A DNA stretch of 64,000 bases from Thecamonas trahens ATCC 50062 (lineage: Eukaryota > Protista > Apusomonadida): assembly GCF_000142905.1 (NCBI RefSeq), contig NW_013657611.1:62001-126000 (forward strand). Reading direction: 5' to 3'. The notes below the pieces were generated by a model. That model was not told the origin of the DNA. It worked only from the letters and a program-made list of their open reading frames with translations, and searched no databases. The position numbers and the translations under genes were made by a program. How positions within the stretch are numbered: the first letter of the stretch is position 1; each line of letters opens with the position of its first letter. Below, in pieces: positions 62,101 to 64,000 of this stretch.

Positions 62101-62149
62101 GAGTGCCTCGCAACCAGGTGTCCATCAACTTGATCCGCCCTCGCAATAA
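59123..62149 (+). CDS. WNK: WNK (With-No-Lysine) Ser/Thr kinase with coiled coil and CCT-like domain
   Basis: GRFQRYDDVLGQGAFKTVYRG (catalytic K in the Gly-loop), EVAWN, PPIIHRDLKCDNIFVN, KLGDLGLA, GTPGYMAPE; KSVKFMFDLNRDTAFMVVEEL. Confidence 0.95.
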   Translation: MGSRAEEHVLPGTEDSRHKGPVPGTAAMASPVPAPSATAGTTPAPPVASSAEGGHRQQAPPAGTGTPARAKPPAQNAGQTVTDAAGSGLSQGAPAGEHAPPPYEAAESPAVTAGDGDGGIDNGDDDDKVGDSVAESGPSFAVGSIVAGRFQRYDDVLGQGAFKTVYRGFDTEEGLEVAWNVVNTQSFTEEETIAILGEIDLLGRMEHSSIIDLYGFWHDAENACVVFITEKMSGSLAEYVRRRKPSRKAIKRWARQILEGLIYLHTQLPPIIHRDLKCDNIFVNSHLGNVKLGDLGLATAMTASDQDQGMIGTPGYMAPEVFNQKYTEKMDVYSFGMSVLEMATQQVPYREASSLMALWKKQDDGEAPESLALVDDDELRDFIAICLADAAHRPSAAELMQAPFLAVHSYDRVNIYAYSPQVMVLVKCEDGSVPETEPTILRLREHESSAAIEAMRERASARYAAEAALEAEAAAAAAAAAAAAAAQEAKEQMLQNIAEERRALEEKLRALSERQRAINDEAPAQPALATPTPDATPATVDGGAHEPASEQQPTSAADARQSPPPQPVAPLPLGEPTPTNPPPYQTGISGGGGAGSNGSVPPLALNALRTPSSPVASAGAATPGSPELNFAPLPATGSPPRASPLDSPVAKAMPAVAIDSRLKAGRDSIDSGSYMISPRRVLEWSAETLPQVVLRNVDAGQTMAEFKVSFFVSGSRKSVKFMFDLNRDTAFMVVEELKQEYALQPAHASHIRDAMERHLAQVKLGSHPILTQLAPEPSAPPGTVAGAMVPRPVTPEIEYSDATPSKPEPVPVSGPPTRARANSHEPSPPHYAPSHAAASIPIPTGSGSAASSNASHSSLSVASSLPTGWLPTAAGAPGTAGSHLPPATAGDVQPYVSPMYSMPRGAHAQVGTLLPGAHYAPPPGSSLGPSHTHGRAHTLQPLDIGAIRNAAAVAALNPAADSGPHSANAAITGTTQYFPPARHGSHPATPSASSASQPGVHQLDPPSQ

Positions 62150-62153
62150 ACTA

Positions 62154-62185
<32 letters not shown>

Positions 62186-62333
62186 CCGCGGCGACTGCGT
62201 CAAGTCAACCAACCAACCACCCTAGCCGCAGTAGCAACCCCGGTGCCCAGCCCCAGGCCTAACCGCAACAGTTGTCGCACAAGACAACCCTCTCACTCTG
62301 CCGTAACCAACACTTGCCCTCCACGCAGCTACC

Positions 62334-63518
62334 ATGGCAGCCTGGCCGCCCGAGTCGTCTTTGCCCCCGTTCCCCACTGACGCTGCCGTGGGCGGAGGTG
62401 GTGGTGGCTCGTCTGTCGCTGCGCCCGGGACGGCTGCTGCTTTGCAAGCCCTCGACGCCCGGGCCCAGGCGCTCTGGTCGTCATGGCAAGATGCTGCTGC
62501 ACCAGCTACGGCACCACCGACTGGGCCGCAGCCAGTTGATGCCTTCTCGACTGCTGCTGCCCATCCTGCTGCCTCCTCTCGCCTCCATCCGGAGACTGCG
62601 CCCGCTCGCGAGCTCGACTCGGTCTCGGAAAGCGTTGACGGGCTGATGGCCTCTCTGCGCGGGTATGGCTCGTCTGCAGGCGGCCCGGACAGCTCGGCTC
62701 GCCACGGCGCGAACACTAAGGGTGATGCGTCGCCACTGTATGCAAAGTCGGTCGCCATGCTTCGTGGGATCACCCAGGCACAAGCGCAGGCGCAGGTGCA
62801 TGGCGGCGACGAGAGTGCTGCGCATGTGGAGCAGGCGTCGCAGCTGGACGTGGAGATTTCAATGCTACGCGAGGAGATGGAGTCTATCGCAGAGCAGCTG
62901 ACGACGATGGATGTGAGCCTGGCACCAGCGTCTCCGCCGCCACCGTCGTCGCCGATGCTGCGCGAGTCAATGCGGCGCCGGCCGCCTGCGCCTGCCATTT
63001 CACCGCTGCGGAGCAGCCGCGTGCCGCAGCGGCGATCGCCGTCACCGGCCCACTCTGATGATTCGCTGGACATACCCGAGCCGCCACGGATGCAGGGCAG
63101 CCGTGGAGGTCGGGCTCACCGGGCTCGACGGGTGGGCCACGGACGCGGCGGGAGCGAGACAAGCAGCGCGCGTGTGCGGCAGCGTGTGCGGCGGCGGTTG
63201 AATACCGGATCGGGCGACGAGGCGGAGCCCGCCGGCGCTGTGGGCAAGCTCGCGCGGGCAGAGCGCCGGATCCGGCAGCTCGAGTCCGCGCGCAAGCGCG
63301 AGGCCTTTGAGATGCAGCAGTTGCGGCGAGAAAACGAGCGGCTGGCCACCCGGATCGAGCACCTGAGCGCCGACCTGGAAGCCGTGACTCGGCGCGATTC
63401 GGAGACCCAGGCTGTGCGCACCTCACTGGCCAAGGCCGAGAAGGTTGTGTCCTCGCAACGTAACCTCATCGCTACGCTCAAGGGTGAGATTGCACATCTC
63501 AAGCGGAGCAAGCGCTGA
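62334..63518 (+). CDS. Hypothetical coiled-coil protein
   Basis: 394-aa ATG ORF with a C-terminal heptad-rich segment. Confidence 0.65.
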   Translation: MAAWPPESSLPPFPTDAAVGGGGGGSSVAAPGTAAALQALDARAQALWSSWQDAAAPATAPPTGPQPVDAFSTAAAHPAASSRLHPETAPARELDSVSESVDGLMASLRGYGSSAGGPDSSARHGANTKGDASPLYAKSVAMLRGITQAQAQAQVHGGDESAAHVEQASQLDVEISMLREEMESIAEQLTTMDVSLAPASPPPPSSPMLRESMRRRPPAPAISPLRSSRVPQRRSPSPAHSDDSLDIPEPPRMQGSRGGRAHRARRVGHGRGGSETSSARVRQRVRRRLNTGSGDEAEPAGAVGKLARAERRIRQLESARKREAFEMQQLRRENERLATRIEHLSADLEAVTRRDSETQAVRTSLAKAEKVVSSQRNLIATLKGEIAHLKRSKR

Positions 63519-63561
63519 TCGCGGCGGAAGAACTCGAAACGTGTTTACGCGGTTGTTGAGG

Positions 63562-64000
63562 CTACTGCCAGACCCAGCCGGCAAAGTGGCCGGTGGTGGG
63601 CGACATGATGACGGTGTACTGGGTGAGCGAGTTGAGCACACCGCGGGTGTGGAACTTGGAGCCCGGAGTCTGCATGATGCCCCAAAGCGAGGTGGCGTTG
63701 ACGCCGGCCGGCCCGCCAAGAGCCGTCATGGCGGCGGAGGCGACGGCGCGGCGGTCGTCGCGGGAAGGCGCGGCCTTCCAGTAGTCGTAGTTGGTCTCGA
63801 GGACAAACCACGGGGCAGTCCGCCCGTGTGGCATGCAGTAGAGCCCGTGATCGACGCCGGTGTACGTGCGGGTGATGACGCAGCCCTGGTCGGCGTCGGC
63901 GCCGCCAACGATAAAGTAGACCTCGGCGGCGAGCGGGGCAGTGGAGAGGGCATGGACGGCGGCATCAAACGAAGTTGCTGAAGCGAGGGCAGAGCGGGCA
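63562..64000 (-). CDS. Acid ceramidase/NAAA (Ntn-hydrolase) family protein, 3' part only
   Basis: LSTAPLAAEVYFIVGG...GCVITR...WFVLETNYDYWK...DDRR...VLNSLTQYTVIMSP. Confidence 0.9.
   Translation of the reverse strand, partial: ARSALASATSFDAAVHALSTAPLAAEVYFIVGGADADQGCVITRTYTGVDHGLYCMPHGRTAPWFVLETNYDYWKAAPSRDDRRAVASAAMTALGGPAGVNATSLWGIMQTPGSKFHTRGVLNSLTQYTVIMSPTTGHFAGWVWQ

Noticed and set aside
1-64000. Stop-codon reassignment or selenoproteins
   Set aside because: TAA, TAG and TGA all end conserved genes at the expected positions (RPS7, FIBP, Ras CAAX); only one internal TAG was seen and no internal TGA.

Overview
This is GC-rich, gene-dense eukaryotic nuclear DNA with about 30 protein-coding genes, few spliceosomal introns (GTAYGY/GTAAGT donors, CTCAC-like branch points, YAG acceptors), microsatellite-rich intergenic spacers and one 100-N gap. 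Gene content (axonemal dynein IC2, WNK, FIBP, RIC1, CDC23, eS7) and style suggest a flagellated protist, possibly an apusomonad such as Thecamonas; that assignment is inference. I found no rRNA, tRNA, CRISPR array or transposon. Main points of interest: (1) a bacterial-type persulfide dioxygenase fused to a C-terminal DUF442 domain, the reverse of Blh domain order; (2) at least five -1 frame breaks at short homopolymers, which hide a giant Clu-SPRY-ZZ-RCC1 protein and the membrane anchor of an M6PR/Atg27 protein (most likely assembly under-calls, but untested); (3) two divergent F-box fusions (F-box-JMJD4-like, and F-box-TMEM185-like with an in-frame UAG) flanking a candidate box C/D snoRNA; (4) tandem Ras/Rap paralogues with non-canonical positions 12/13/61. 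All family calls come from motif recognition by eye; no database search was run.
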